A stretch of DNA of 64,000 nucleotides from Octopus vulgaris (lineage: Eukaryota), in contig OX597814.1 of the NCBI GenBank assembly GCA_951406725.2, positions 167,400,001-167,464,000 of the forward strand, written 5' to 3'. Of the stretch, positions 25,396 to 38,172 are shown piece by piece; position 1 is the stretch's first letter; every line of letters starts with the position of its first letter. Made by a program: the position numbers and the translations under genes. The notes beneath the pieces were generated by a model. The model searched no databases. It was given only the letters and a program-made list of their open reading frames with translations, and was not told where the DNA came from.

Positions 25396-26241
25396 ATGAA
25401 TGACTCCATTATACATCATTATCATTGTTGTTATCATCATCATCATTATTCTTATCGTGGAAACGAAAGACACCACTTGTATGATGGTAATACTCAAATA
25501 GGCACAAAAACACACATGTACACACATATCCATATACAGATATATACATGCACAACAGGCTTCTGTTACTTTCCATCTACCAAATCCACTTACAAAGCTT
25601 TGGCCAGCCCAAGATAGCACATAGTGAGACTGAACTAGAAACCATATGGTTGGGAAGCAGACTTATTAACCACACCACCATTATTAATATTTTCAAGTAA
25701 ATTCAAAATATTTGAATCCATTTTATAAACTTATTGTATTTGTTAATTCACACATATCTATCAGTATCTTGATTAGAAAAAAAATTGTTAACTGAGGCAC
25801 GTAAAAAGCACCAACCGAATCATGGCTGATGCCAGCGCCGCCTTGACTGGCTTCCGTGCCGGTGGCACGTAAAATGCACCAATCCGATCGTGGCCGTTGC
25901 CAGCCTCGCCTGGCACATGTGCAGGTGGCACGTAAAAAGCACCCACTACACTCACGGAGTGGTTGGCGTTAGGAAGGGCATCCAGCTGTAGAAACACTGC
26001 CAGATCAGACTGGAGCCTGGTGCAGCCTTCTGGCTTCCCAGATCGAACCGTCCAACCCATGCTAGTATGGAGAACGGACGTTAAATGATGATGATTAAAT
26101 GATTTATGATGTTATTTGTCTTATTTCCAAAAGTGAATAGTTATTTTGGGTTTTTGAAAAAAAAATTTTAGCATTAATAAAGTCTTAATTTGAATGCATT
26201 CAATAAAGCTTATATTTAATTTGATCGATTTTCCTTTATAG

Positions 26242-26672
26242 TTTATCAGTTCGGAATGAACATCATATGAACAAGAACAACACAGATGCAATTGCTGAAC
26301 AGGAAAACAGCAACACAGATTCTATTAACAGGCTCTCATCTCTTAACTCAAACATTTTATCATCTGCCTTCAAGTCGGAGAGAAACAGCCAATCATTCCT
26401 TAATGAATTACCAGATTTATCAAGCACTATTGATAGTGACTTCACAAGTTCTATCTCTAGCACTTATTCTTCACCATTTGGAACTCCTGACAACTCTACT
26501 AACAACTTAACAGGATTTGATTTTGGTGCTCACTTCAATGAAGTTTATAAAGATCATATATCAAATGTGAAAGAAGATCGTGGTTGTCAAAATAAAAGAA
26601 ATCATTTAGAAATTGATGATTTGGATTTATTTACTTTTGATGACCTTGACAGTAGAAGTTCTACAAGCACAG
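26242..26672 (+). CDS. SCAP: SCAP coding exon 17 (Ser/Asn-rich linker in the WD40 region)
   Basis: Long open frame (ORF 26267-26728); TTATAG acceptor and GTAGTC donor give phases 2/1 that fit the neighbours. Poorly conserved, so boundaries are less certain. Confidence 0.8.
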
Positions 26673-27506
26673 GTAGTCGTTTTTTTGGTTTTTCTTTGTT
26701 GTTGTCATGTGTTTATGTTATATCTTAAGATAGGTGATTTAGAGAATTTTTCATCATATCTAACTATTTGACATTTTTTATATTTGTTTTAGTAAACATC
26801 ATCATCACCTCTACCACCATCATTAGTAAGACAGCAAGCTGGCAGAATTGTCAACAGCATTTTCTCTGTCTTCATGTTCTCAGTTCAAATTCCTCTGAGG
26901 TCAACCTCCTTTTGAGGTTGATAAAATAAGTACCATTCAGGCCCTGGGGTTGATACATTCGACTAGTCCCCTTTCTCCACATTTCAGGCCTTGTGCCTAT
27001 TGTAGAAAGAATTATTATTATTGAGTGAGAGAGAGCAGTGGATGCCATCAAAGTGACACTGGGGTGAAATATACAAATCCCAGTATACCCATCATGACTA
27101 TCCGTCTGATATGGGTACACCTGGCACATGCATCACAACCATGTGTGTGCAACATGGTGATCTCATATCAAGATAAACAGCACATGACCTTGCAGGTGGG
27201 GCCCAATTAGAATTTTCTTCTGGTCGAGTAACCCATCCTGCTCAAAAGGTCCCTGAATAAGGGTTATTTATTAGAAAATCAGTCAAAATACTTAGTGGTG
27301 TTCATTAGTTCTTCACAGTCTGAGTTCAAATTCTCATAGTTTAGCGTTTTGTGTTTCATCCTTCTGGGATCAATGAAATAATATACCAGAATTGATGGTA
27401 TCAACTATCCTCTCCCTTCAAAATTGGTGGTATGCCTAAATTAGAAACAATTAATATTTATATATTTTCATTGTATTGTATATTTGTTTTCTTTTATGTT
27501 CTTCAG

Positions 27507-27616
27507 AAACAGTTGGGGCTGTTGAAAGAGATATTAATTATGAAATGTCTTCAATCTGGTGTCTGTGTTTTAAAGATGGTCTTATTGTAACTGGTTGTGG
27601 CAATGGCCGGATTGAG
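27507..27616 (+). CDS. SCAP: SCAP coding exon 18 (...SSIWCLCFKDGLIVTGCGNGRIE)
   Basis: CTTCAG/GTATGT; matches [22 protein letters not shown]. Confidence 0.92.
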
Positions 27617-28147
27617 GTATGTAATTTTTAATTTTTTTATCATTCTTCTTTTGGTGTTTTTTTTGTTTTGTTTTAATGTTAGAATAATGTCATGTCTATT
27701 CACTGAACTATACACTAATTTATATTTTGATGTGTAGATTTTTTGACTGTGGTGGAATGGTTGAATTGGTAGAGTGCTGAGCAAAATGCTGTATAGTATG
27801 TGGTTACATCTCTTTATGTTGTGTGTTTGAATCCTATCAAAGCCATCTTTTCTTTTCGGCCTTGAAAAGTCAATAAAATTAAAGTACCTCTCAAATATTA
27901 AATATTCCTGTAAAGCATCATAGAAGTGAATGAAATTATAATCTAAGACTAAGACAATTTCCCTTGCCTAAAGTCTGTAGTTTTATATCTGTTATAGATA
28001 GAAAAATATAGAATTTATCATTTAAACATTTACTTTTAAAAAATCAAGTTATTTATGTACTCTAATTGAATTTTTTCCTTTAGTTAAAAATATATATATT
28101 TTTTTTTTGTCTTGAAAATAAATTTCATTTTGTTTGAATGTTATCAG

Positions 28148-28233
28148 CTCTGGAATGCCAGCAATGGGAGTTTAAAATGCATATATAATAACCACAAAAT
28201 TAGTGTCACAGCTCTTTGTTTAGAAAGAAACAA
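28148..28233 (+). CDS. SCAP: SCAP coding exon 19 (LWNASNGSLKCIYNNHKISVTALCLERN)
   Basis: ATCAG/GTAAGT; WD40. Confidence 0.92.
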
Positions 28234-29064
28234 GTAAGTTTTATATTTTTGTCTTGCTTTTTTTTTTTCATTCTTTTTTGTGAAAAACTAATATAATGAT
28301 TTATAATGTATGATATGAGAGATATAATATTTACCATCACAATATCACACAAACACCTGTGTCAGACAGAATTTGTTGAAGTAGATTTGCTATGTCCAAA
28401 TGCCCTTTCTGTCACCAATCCTCACCTGTTTCCAGGTAAGGTACTATTTCTCCATGACCAGACATGTTTCCACAGAAGATTGGAAACGGATGCCATTTGT
28501 ATAATAGTGATACAATATGATGGGCTTCTTTCAGTTTCCATTTACAAAATCCACTCACAAGACTATAGTCAGTTCTGAGCTGCATAATATGTATATAATA
28601 CTATATGATGTGATATAAAAGTTAATATAGAAAACTGTAAACTTAAATTTGAAACTCCAATCATTACAAGATAGCTACCCTCATCTTGTGAGGGTAAATT
28701 TCCTCTCTATCAAATCTAACTATGAACATTTACTTGTTTTCTCCAGTTTCCTATACAGATTATTTTTAAAATAAAAAAAATATCTGTAATTCAGCTGTTC
28801 TATTACATGTCAGTTTCTACTGTCTATGATCAAAAGCTTTTCAGCCTTGGCCATCCTGTCTTATATTTTTTCAGTTGTAGGTCAGCCCTGACCAAGCTGA
28901 TCTCTAACCCAAAGTATTTCAGCCATGACCATTCCATTCTTCCCTTGTGTTATTACATATGTGGGACTGCATTATCTAATGTATTCTTCTCTTCTCAAGA
29001 CATTAAGATGTAACTTCAGGATGAATCAGCTATTTCTTCTAGTACATCAAGCAACCATCTAGAA

Positions 29065-29243
29065 CAGCAGTTCTCAATGGTGGTCCTTATGCATCCTTCC
29101 ACTGGCCTTTGACAGCCTTCCCTCTATAGATATAACTTTTTCATTAATTGACTTGTGTTTTACTTTTTTTGGTGTGCCTCCCGCCCACTATCAAATCATG
29201 GTTTTGGATCTGGTTCAGATATTAAAATGGTTGAGAACCAGTG
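29065..29243. mobile_element. hAT/Charlie-like MITE
   Basis: CAGCAGTTCTCAA...TTGAGAACCAGTG termini; flanks ATCTAGAA/ATCTTGAG resemble the NTCTAGAN target. Confidence 0.65.
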
Positions 29244-30023
29244 ATCTTGAGGCTCTAGTGTTGGCTTGCAATTATTTTTTATGTGCTATTGTGATAAGAT
29301 ATTGAAATATTGGAATGATTATGTCGAATTAAGATGCTTAAATTAATCACTGGGATAAGGCAGTGCCAGTAGCCTTTGTCAGTACTCTTTTACAGGTGAG
29401 ACTGATGGGATCAGTGCCAAGCTGAATATCTGTAATTTAAAGCCTAGAAAGGAAAAAAAAAACAACCTTCAATTTTGTCTGAATGTTTAATACAGTGAAC
29501 TCTATTAAAGGACTGCATGGTTGTGTTATACTGGCATTCCATTAGTTATGATGATGAGGGTTCCAGTTGATCCGAACAGAGGAACAACCTGCTCATGAAA
29601 TTAATGTGCAAGTGGCTGAGCACTCTACAGACATATATACCCTTAACGTAGTTCTCAGGGAGATTTTCGTTGTGACACAGAATGTGACAAGGTTGAACTT
29701 TTGAAATACAAGTACTACCCATATTTGCCAGCTGAGTGGACTAGAGTAACATGAAATAAAATATTTTGCTCAAGGACAGAATGCACTGTCAGGAATCAAA
29801 CTCATAACCTTATAATCATGAGCCTACCCTAAGCATTAAACCATGCATGTGTTAGAAATATCAAAATATTACATGTGCAAAACATATGAAATATTACAAA
29901 TTGATTTGGAGTTTTTCTTCTGTTTTAAATTTGTATGTTTTTAGTCTTTTTTATTCATTCCTTTTCTCTCCACTACAATATTTTTTTCAGTTATTGTTAC
30001 TGCTTGCTTGTCTTCTATTATAG

Positions 30024-30130
30024 GCTTGTTGCTGCCAGATTAGATGGTAGTATGGATTTTTTGGAACTAGAAACTTTTCAGAATCTTGGAAACATATCTT
30101 CTAACTCAACACCTGGACTTCATACACGCG
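30024..30130 (+). CDS. SCAP: SCAP coding exon 20 (LVAARLDGSMDFLELET...)
   Basis: TATAG/GTAATT; matches IVAARLNGSLDFFSLET. Confidence 0.94.
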
Positions 30131-30780
30131 GTAATTAAAATACCTGAACATTTTGTTACATTTACATTTTATTATCGGATTTTATTCTTACCTAACATTA
30201 TTTGCTGAATATCTTAAGTGGTTAATTTTCCATCTTAAATATTTATGAATAATTTTTCTTTGAATTGTATTCTATTTGAAGTTTTGATAAGTGAAACAAA
30301 AAATAAATACTACAGATTTGGCAACGATTTATAAAGTCTTATAGTTAGAGGTTCTTAACATTATATATATGCTGGTACTGAACTAGTTGCTGTATTTTCT
30401 GTATTTGTTCTGCAAAGAAGTGTCATCTTCAGTAAGGGAAATAGAAGTAATTACTTTGTCCTCAAACTGATTGGACTATGTGGGAGAATGAATCAAAACA
30501 AAGCTAGTACAAGATAATTAAGCTGTATAGAATGCAGTTTGGGTTTATGCCAGGAAGACAACTATAAATGAAGTGCTTAGTTAAGAAAAGACAAATCAAT
30601 GATAATACTTTTAAAAAGGTCCAATTCTCTGTAGCTTGGAGATTGATGAGGCCGTTGAATGTAGATGAACACTTCAAGAGAACAAATTTAGTGTCTTCAT
30701 CCTTTGCATGTTTATTCTATATGAGGAATGAGTACACAAGAGGTGCAAGGATATTACCATTTTAATATTTTTTTCAATAT

Positions 30781-30953
30781 TTAGTTGGAAGTTGAGGGGC
30801 AGTGTCCATCATCATCATTGTTTAACGTCCGTTTTCCATGCTAGCATGGGTTGAATGGTTCAACTGGGGTCTGAACCGTCCAACCCATGCTAGCATGGAA
30901 AACGGACGTTAAACGATGATGATGATGGACACTGCCCCTCAACTTCCAACTAA
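30781..30953. repeat. Near-perfect inverted repeat, 82-bp arms and 9-nt loop
   Basis: 30781-30862 versus 30872-30953, three differences. Confidence 0.95.
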
Positions 30954-31941
30954 GTATATAACCTTTGAAAGCTGCCTTTGACTTGTGAGGTGAATGCAGT
31001 TAATATTCACTTTAGAAAAATGTGAACAGGGAGATACAGAGTGCTGACTCCTAGTGATAAAGGATTGTGCTGGGTGGAGTCGAGTGGCACAGTAGAGATG
31101 CTCAAAGAAGTGGTAAGGATACATCTGGTGAGCTTATGTGGATAACTTGCTGGTCCAGAAAGATCAGAAGCTGTTAGAACTGGGGTGGAAGAAACAAAAA
31201 AAAAATTACAACACACCTATTGGTAAGTGATTGTAGTGTCAGTATGTTTTCACAAATCAGCTTGATGCCCAGTTCTTCATTGTGGTGTGGGATGCTTGTC
31301 TCTCTGTATCAGCAGCCTCATTTCAGATATGTGACTATGCTAATATGGTCACACTTGAACATCTGATGAACACTGATGTATTTTAAACCCTGAAGAGAAG
31401 TTTAGTTTTTAGACACAAAGTTCTAGATGCTATTTATAGAACCATGACTTTAGATGTGCCTGATAAACCATAGTGGTTGTGAAATATTAGTGATAAATGA
31501 AAACCTGCAGAGACTGGAGATAAAATTGAGTATGGATAGACAGTTTAGCTGGTATGGAAAACAGCATGAGAATGTGGTTAAGCATAATGGTATTAACTGA
31601 TATGTGTAGGTGGGATGTCTGCCCTATGGTGAAGATAATAGAACTAATAGCACACTTAGGGTGAAAACATCTTGTGAACTAACAAGGGATCTTAGATATG
31701 GCTGTGGAAGACTAAAGTAGGCATAAGAATTGGTGTGGTAGAATCTGAGGATGTTAAGTGTACCAAATAAGATGACACAGGACTAAGAAAAATAAGGAAC
31801 ATACCACACTGCAGACACATCCTGCTGATAACTTAATGAAAGGAAAAAGGGGGATATATTCAAACATATACCATATCAGAAATACAAGAATATCTTTACT
31901 AGAAATGTAATAAATAGTAGTTATATTATCCTTATTTTTAG

Positions 31942-32123
31942 GTCCCGTACGCCATCCGTCCAGTTCAGCTTCAAATAAAAACAGTACAGGCACAGTTGGA
32001 TGTTGGGAAGAATCAGTCTCCTGTGCTTTATTGCAGCGTATTCAAGCCCACCAAAAGCCAATTACTGCCTTACAATCAGAAGCTGGACGTGTAGTGTCTG
32101 CCAGTGATGATCGCACACTCAAG
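31942..32123 (+). CDS. SCAP: SCAP coding exon 21 (...[27 protein letters not shown])
   Basis: TTTAG/GTCAGT; matches [26 protein letters not shown]. Confidence 0.95.
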
Positions 32124-32275
32124 GTCAGTTCTTTGTAATGTTAACATGTGTTTTATATTGTCTGTATCAGATTTTAGAATTATATCTTCTGGCATAAAAA
32201 AATAAAAGCAGATCATTTTATTGTAATATTTTTATTGCAAACCTACATAATATATTGTCATAGCTATTTGTAATG

Positions 32276-32730
32276 TAGTTGTATATCATATTGTTTATGT
32301 CATATGTAAACAAACATAAGTTTGTGTTTTGAAGCATTGAAATGTATTGTAGAACAAGTAGAAAAATATTTTTCAACATGTAAATACTGAACAGTATATA
32401 TAAAAGGTAAAATCCTTTTAAGAGCAGAAAAATTTGCCGGCAATCAGCCATGAGGATCGAACTCACATCCCTCCAATATCCGGTTGGAGTGCTCTACCCT
32501 TTAACCTAAACTGCCGGCTGGCAAATTCTTCTGCAATTTTAGAAGTTATAAAGTCATCCAGAAATGCTAGATGTCATATAGATTACATCATATGTAAACA
32601 AACATAATTTTTTTGAAGCATTAAAATGTATTGTAGAACAAGGAGAAGGATATATTTTTTCAACATGTAAATATTGAACTGTATATATAAAGGATAAAAT
32701 CCTTTTAAGAGCAGAAAAATTTGCTAGCAA
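32276..32730 (-). repeat. Tandem ~295-bp-period repeat containing a tRNA-like segment (32445-32519)
   Basis: 32299-32437 is repeated at 32588-32724; between them the minus strand folds into tRNA-like anticodon and T arms. Confidence 0.75.
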
Positions 32731-33467
32731 CCAGCAAAGGAACCTGTGGAAGAGGTAGACCCTGGAGGACATGGGATGGAGACCGAGACCTTTGGAGATA
32801 TGCTGTGATTGAAAAGACCTAGCAACTAAAGTGAGATTGCAACCATGCATATCCAGCCCAGTTAAGAGTACTCCTGATGTGTCAGGCGATATATGCTTGA
32901 GAAGACCTGTTGAGTCAAGTAAAACCAATATTGTAGCTGTGTCCAGTACCCCATGACTGGCTCCTGTGCCAGTGGCATGTATAAAGCACCATCCAAATAT
33001 GGTTGATGCTAGGTCCGCCTGACTGGCCCATGTGTCAGTGGCACATAAAAAGCATCATTCGCACGTGGCCGATGCCAGTACCCCCTGACTGGCCCCCATA
33101 CACGTAAAAAGCACTATCTGAATGTAATCGATGCCAGGCCCGCCTGACTAGCTCCTGTGTTGGTAGCATGTAAAAAGCATTCTCTACACTCTCGGAGTGG
33201 TTGGCAATAGGATAGGCATCCAGCTCTAAAAACATTGCTAGATCAGATTGGCTCTCCAGACCTCAGTCAAACCATCCAACCCTTGCCAGCATGGAAAACA
33301 GACGTTAAACGATGATGATGATGATGATTGTTCAGTAGTATTTTCATAAATGTGTAAAATACATTGTTATTGTAACTGGATATTCTGTCTATTAAATTTC
33401 AATGAAAGGCTGTCTGACAGTGATTTGAAAAGCAATAGTAATAAATGTATTATTGTTTTTATTGTAG

Positions 33468-33548
33468 GTATTCTGTCTAGAGGACTGCATATGTATGTAT
33501 ACATTATATGGTCATCATGGTAGTATTACAGCTCTTTACTTAGATAAG
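33468..33548 (+). CDS. SCAP: SCAP coding exon 22 (VFCLEDCICMYTLYGHHGSITALYLDK)
   Basis: TGTAG/GTAAGT; matches [21 protein letters not shown]. Confidence 0.95.
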
Positions 33549-33628
33549 GTAAGTGAAATATGTTTCTTATCATTTCTATTCAGTAACTGACATAGTTCCA
33601 ATAATCTATAAATATATTTTCATATTAA

Positions 33629-33846
33629 GGTGGCAAGCCGGCAGAATCATTATCTCACCAGACAAAATGCTTAGTGGCATTTTGTCTGTCTTTATGTTCT
33701 AAGTTCAAATTCTGCCAAGGTTGATTTTGCCCTTCATCCTTTTGGGGGTCACTGAAATAAGTACCAGTTGTGTACTGGGATCAGTATAATCAACTAGCCC
33801 TCCTACCAAAATTTCAGGTCTTGTGCCTATTATAGAAAGGATTATT
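33629..33846 (+). mobile_element. Related older SINE subfamily (also at 26829-27020, 49714-49921, 14370-14510 on +; 43190-43400, 62000-62220, 62240-62450 on -)
   Basis: Same head and TTTGCCTTTCATCC...AAATAAGTACCAG core, different 3' end. Confidence 0.8.
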
Positions 33847-34037
33847 TTTATTGTGAGTAGGAAGTATTATTTATCATCTCTATCACCACTAGCAATTCTG
33901 ATGTTTTCCAATTTTAACAAAATGCAACATTTACTAATTTTTGTCACTCTTTAAGCTTTATTCGCAATCAAGTTTGATTTGGTTTACAAACTTCAAAAAT
34001 TTTGAATTTTCTTTTTCTTTTTTTTTCGCTTTTGCAG

Positions 34038-34250
34038 GGACCTCCATTTTCTGCTGCAAGTGCTTCCACTGATGGTACAGTTCGGTTATGGGACTTGCTG
34101 ACTGGTTTCTGTATCCATAAACTGTGTTCTTACGAACAACCTATCACTGCTTTGACATGTTCCCTTCAGTATGTGATCAGCCAAGATCAGGATTACCATC
34201 TCTGTGTATGGGACCGCATTAGAGGTCAACTCTTGTATAACTTACAACTG
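34038..34250 (+). CDS. SCAP: SCAP coding exon 23 (GPPFSAASASTDGTVRLWDLLTG...CVWDRIRGQLLYNLQL)
   Basis: TGCAG/GTAGGT; WD40 repeats. Confidence 0.95.
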
Positions 34251-34616
34251 GTAGGTAATATAAGTCATTTAACATTTTAAACTAATTTTCATCATTGATA
34301 CACTGAAGCAGCATTTTTCAACCGGAGTTTCCCACAACCCTAGGGTTCTGCAAGAGGTTCCTAGGGGCCCCGCGAGAAAGAGTGAGATAGGTTAATGCTA
34401 ATTTCATGATCATAATATTACTATACATGCACAACATAAAATTGCTTATTTTAATATTGATATCATCTTGTCTAATAACTTATTATGTTACCAAAAGAAA
34501 TATAACAACCATTGGGGATATATATATATATATATATAGGGAGAGTTTATGAAAAAAACAAAAGATGAAGACAGGTGGTGTACAAAACAAACAGATGTAT
34601 TAGTATAACACTCAGG

Positions 34617-34653
<37 letters not shown>

Positions 34654-34970
34654 TGAATTATTTTTCTCCTGTTTGTACATATAGATGTGTGTGTCAGTGT
34701 GTAGTTACATAATTTTCAGTTTGATTGGTCTGTCACCATTACACTTATTATGTTTATTTATGCTAATGCGGATGCATATTCTGGAATAGGGGCCTTATTA
34801 CCAAATATAACATACATGAAACTAGTTTTATAGGACAAGACAGTACCAGATTAACTGTTTTGAGATTAGTCTCAAAGATAAAAATAATGGACGAGTAGTA
34901 ACAGTAGAAGTGAGAGAGAGAGAGAGCACATAAGAGATATCTCACAAAATAATATGTCAATTATTTGCAG

Positions 34971-35036
34971 GAGCCTGGTTTATATAGTCAACAAATGGCA
35001 TTACTCACTGATAAACTTCTACTGCTTGGAGGACAG
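34971..35036 (+). CDS. SCAP: SCAP coding exon 24 (EPGLYSQQMALLTDKLLLLGGQ)
   Basis: TGCAG/GTAAGT; matches ISDNLLVTGGQ. Confidence 0.92.
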
Positions 35037-35427
35037 GTAAGTATTTTTAAGCTACTAGGATTGTCTAGTGATTGATATCAGTTCGTAGTACTTCAGGTTT
35101 ATAGTGAAAGGTGTTTATTTAAATCTTTTTTTTTTCCAGTCCATGGAGCACATTGCCTCATTGAGCTCCTTTCAAAATGTAGAAGAATTATTGAGTTAGT
35201 CTAGGAGAGATCACTAGAGATAATTTTAACATAAGTAAAGATTGTGATATTTTTAGTTTTGACCAAAGAGAATGGTATTGTTATTTTTCTCCTCTTCCTG
35301 TTTTAAATGATTAAACAGCAAATTAAACATTGACTTCACTAAATACAAACTTTTCTAACTGCAAAAATGAAATTGCTTTATTTTTATATTTGCCTTGTCA
35401 ATCTATCTTTGTTATTTCTTCTTGTAG

Positions 35428-35607
35428 GGTGTTTTGTATTTATGGGACATTTTTCAAGGTCAGCTGAAAAGGCAAATAAAAGTCAGCCATACGGATCAAG
35501 CAGCTTTTATTCGTTTTGTCCAAGTCATTGACCACACTGTTGTATGTGATTATGGCAATGAACTTCGTGTTATCAACTTTCCTACAATTCTTGAAAAAAA
35601 CGACTGA
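35428..35607 (+). CDS. SCAP: SCAP terminal coding exon 25 (GVLYLWDIFQGQ...VVCDYGNELRVINFPTILEKND*)
   Basis: TGTAG acceptor; TGA at 35605-35607; matches [22 protein letters not shown]. Confidence 0.95.
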   Translation, partial: GVLYLWDIFQGQLKRQIKVSHTDQAAFIRFVQVIDHTVVCDYGNELRVINFPTILEKND

Positions 35608-35834
35608 TCACTGTCTAACTTAATTTTGGAAACAGAGTGACTTTTTGCCTAGCAACAAATTACAGACAGAAAATTGTCGGTTATCATTTTATCATATATC
35701 AAAACATTTGTTGGCTCATTCATTTTTTTACAAGACATTGAAATGCTTTAAATTTTTTGAAGATAAAAAAAAATAATTTTCTATTTTTTGTCAAATATTT
35801 CTCACTATAGTGACTATTTAAAGAAAAAAAAATC

Positions 35835-35840
35835 AATAAA
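35835..35840 (+). promoter_or_regulatory. Candidate SCAP polyadenylation signal AATAAA
   Basis: First AATAAA about 230 nt after the stop, followed by U/GU-rich sequence. AT-rich context makes chance occurrence likely. Confidence 0.35.
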
Positions 35841-36254
35841 GATGAAAAAAATAAAATTGTTTCAAACTTTTGTAATTTCTTGTAATTTATTTTTATTGTT
35901 ATATTCTGTCAATTATTCTTGTTGAATTTGTTTATATTTTTGTAAATTGAAGCAAGTCATTGCTGATGTACTATACATATTATTGATATATTGGTAAACA
36001 TCAGAATATAAACAATAATTTCATTTACTATTGTTGTTGATTTATCTACTAGAACATAAACATGATAGTGTTTTCATATAAATTTTCCAAGTGTTAAACA
36101 CAGAGTTTAGTGGAATCACATGCAGACTAATAGAGAAAGCAAGCTTCTTATATAAAAGATGAACTGGAGTGATATGTACTATGAACACACTTGAACTAGA
36201 TTCTTTGACATGCCCCAATGGTTCACAAGAAGTTGCTGATAGCTTTTTTTTACC

Positions 36255-36785
36255 TAGGAGATGTAATTAATAAGTGAGATGGCTGCTCTGAAAATATAGT
36301 AACCAAGGTAAGAATGGGTTGAAAAAAATTCAGAGAGCTACTGTTGTTGCCAATCATGAAGATCTTTTCCCTCAGACTGAAGGGCAGATTGAATGACTTT
36401 TGTATTAGAACAATGTTGTTGCATGGTAGTGAGACATGGGCTTTGAATGCAGAGGACTTAACCCTTTCGTTACTGTATTTATTTCGGGATGCTTTGTGTT
36501 TCTTTCAATTACTTTAAATATAACAAAGAATTTAGTAAAATAACTTAGTTATCATGCTGCTAGTGTTAGGAACATAAATTGTGACTAAGGTTTAATGGAA
36601 GACTTTAATTCAAAACTTATGAAACAAGATATTTGTACTCAGAGCCAGAGCCAGGTTGGTAACAAAAGGGTTAAGAAAACTGGAAAGAAATGAAAAAACA
36701 TGCTTCATTGGATGTGCATTGTAACTGTGCACAACTGACAAAGTACAGATGTGTTGAGAGAAAACTGGGCATGAGAGGAATGAAG
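36255..36785 (+). mobile_element. Old RTE RT fragment interrupted by a TTAA MITE
   Basis: Translation MLLHGSETWALNAEDL|RKLERNE resumes after the 36458-36674 insertion. Confidence 0.8.
36458..36674. mobile_element. TTAA-flanked piggyBac-like MITE, family A
   Basis: TTAACCCTTT...AAAGGGTTAA; splits an RT fragment exactly at TTAA. Confidence 0.88.
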
Positions 36786-37952
36786 CCAACATTTCCCCCC
36801 TGGTCAATGGTGGGGACTGAAGCAACGTGAAATGAAGTGTTTTGCTCAAGAACATAATGTGCCACCCACTCAGTGAATTGAACCCATGATCTAGTGATCA
36901 TGAGCACAACTTAACCACTAGGCCACACACCTTCACAGGGAAAATTATAACAAAAGAAAACATACAGAAAAGTCACATGTCCCCTATATTAATTCTATGG
37001 ATTTCTGTAGTTATAGAGGAAAAATAAATGATAAAATATTGTAGAAATGTTGTGAAAATAATATGAGAATGGATAATTGAATAAAGTGAAAGGTATATCT
37101 GATAGTATGTCCCAGTTTTATAATGAAATGGAATTTTTAAAAAACCTATTTATGATATATTTATGTATTAAAAGCATACAGGTTTTTTCTGTAATTCATC
37201 ATAATTTAACTCCTTATATGCCAGTTGATGTTTGCTGGGGATGACATTAACTATGGCTATTCAATAGCCATAGTTTATTATAAACAATATTCATCAAGTA
37301 ACTGATTATTATGATCAATATTCATCAGGTAACTTAGTTTTACATTTCTTTGTCTTCTATCTGCATTGAGGAAGGCAAAAACACCAGCTTTACTATCTTC
37401 CCGAAAAATTTCAAGCTTGTGTGTGTTTTTTTTTATATATTTGTTTCTCAAAATCATTCCCAACAAAGTCCATTGGGTACTTCTGGGTAAAAGTTTAGGG
37501 GAAAGCAGAGAGTGCAATAAATATCACAAATTCCATATACACATGCTTAAGTAAAAGATGGCTAAGAAATGATTAAATAATGGATGAAAGATTTAAATCC
37601 AATACAATAAAACTGACAAAAGAAGTAGTGGCAGTAAAATATAATAATTGGGATGACCTTAAGAGATAAAGATGACAATAAAATAAAACGCAATACTAAT
37701 GAAAGAACTGACCAAATATTAAAATAAAGGACAGTTAACTTGAGGTAAGCTTAACCCTGAAGCTAAAAATGGTCATCAAGGTAATATTGCAAAACAATGA
37801 AGAGACTTTAATCCAGCTGTTCTTGGTGAAAAATTTGTGCATGGAACTTGCAGCATGCCTTTGAGATATCCTAGAAATATGGATGCAATTTACTAAATTC
37901 GGTATACTAAAGTCTGATAGGAAGTTCAAGGACTGGTGGGACCAGGCAATAA

Positions 37953-38172
37953 GGCGGCGAGCTGGCAGAAACGTTAGCATGCCGGGCGAAATGCTTAGCA
38001 GTATTTTGTCTGCCGCTACGTTCTGAGTTCAAATTCTGCTGAGGTCGACTTTGCCTTTCATCCTTTTGGGGTCGATTAAATAAGTACCAGTTACGCACTG
38101 GGGTCGATATAATCGACTTAATCCGTTTGTCCTCTCTGTGTTTAGCCCCTTGTGGGTAGTAAAGAAATAGGT
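37953..38172 (+). mobile_element. tRNA-derived SINE (young copy)
   Basis: GGCGGCGAGCTGGCAGAA (A box)...GAGTTCAAATTC (B box)...GTAAAGAAATAGG; multiple copies in the window. Confidence 0.9.

Larger units (their letters stand above)
3470..35607 (+). other. SCAP: SCAP gene, coding span (25 coding exons, ~1302 aa): N-terminal membrane domain with sterol-sensing domain, C-terminal WD40 repeats
   Basis: Exons joined by hand at GT-AG sites with consistent phases give an uninterrupted 3909-nt ORF. It matches vertebrate SCAP motifs: [94 protein letters not shown]-terminal PTILEKND. Confidence 0.97.

Noticed and set aside
32445-32519. Functional tRNA gene
   Set aside because: No U33, T at position 37, weak D arm and acceptor stem, and it is embedded in a repeat.
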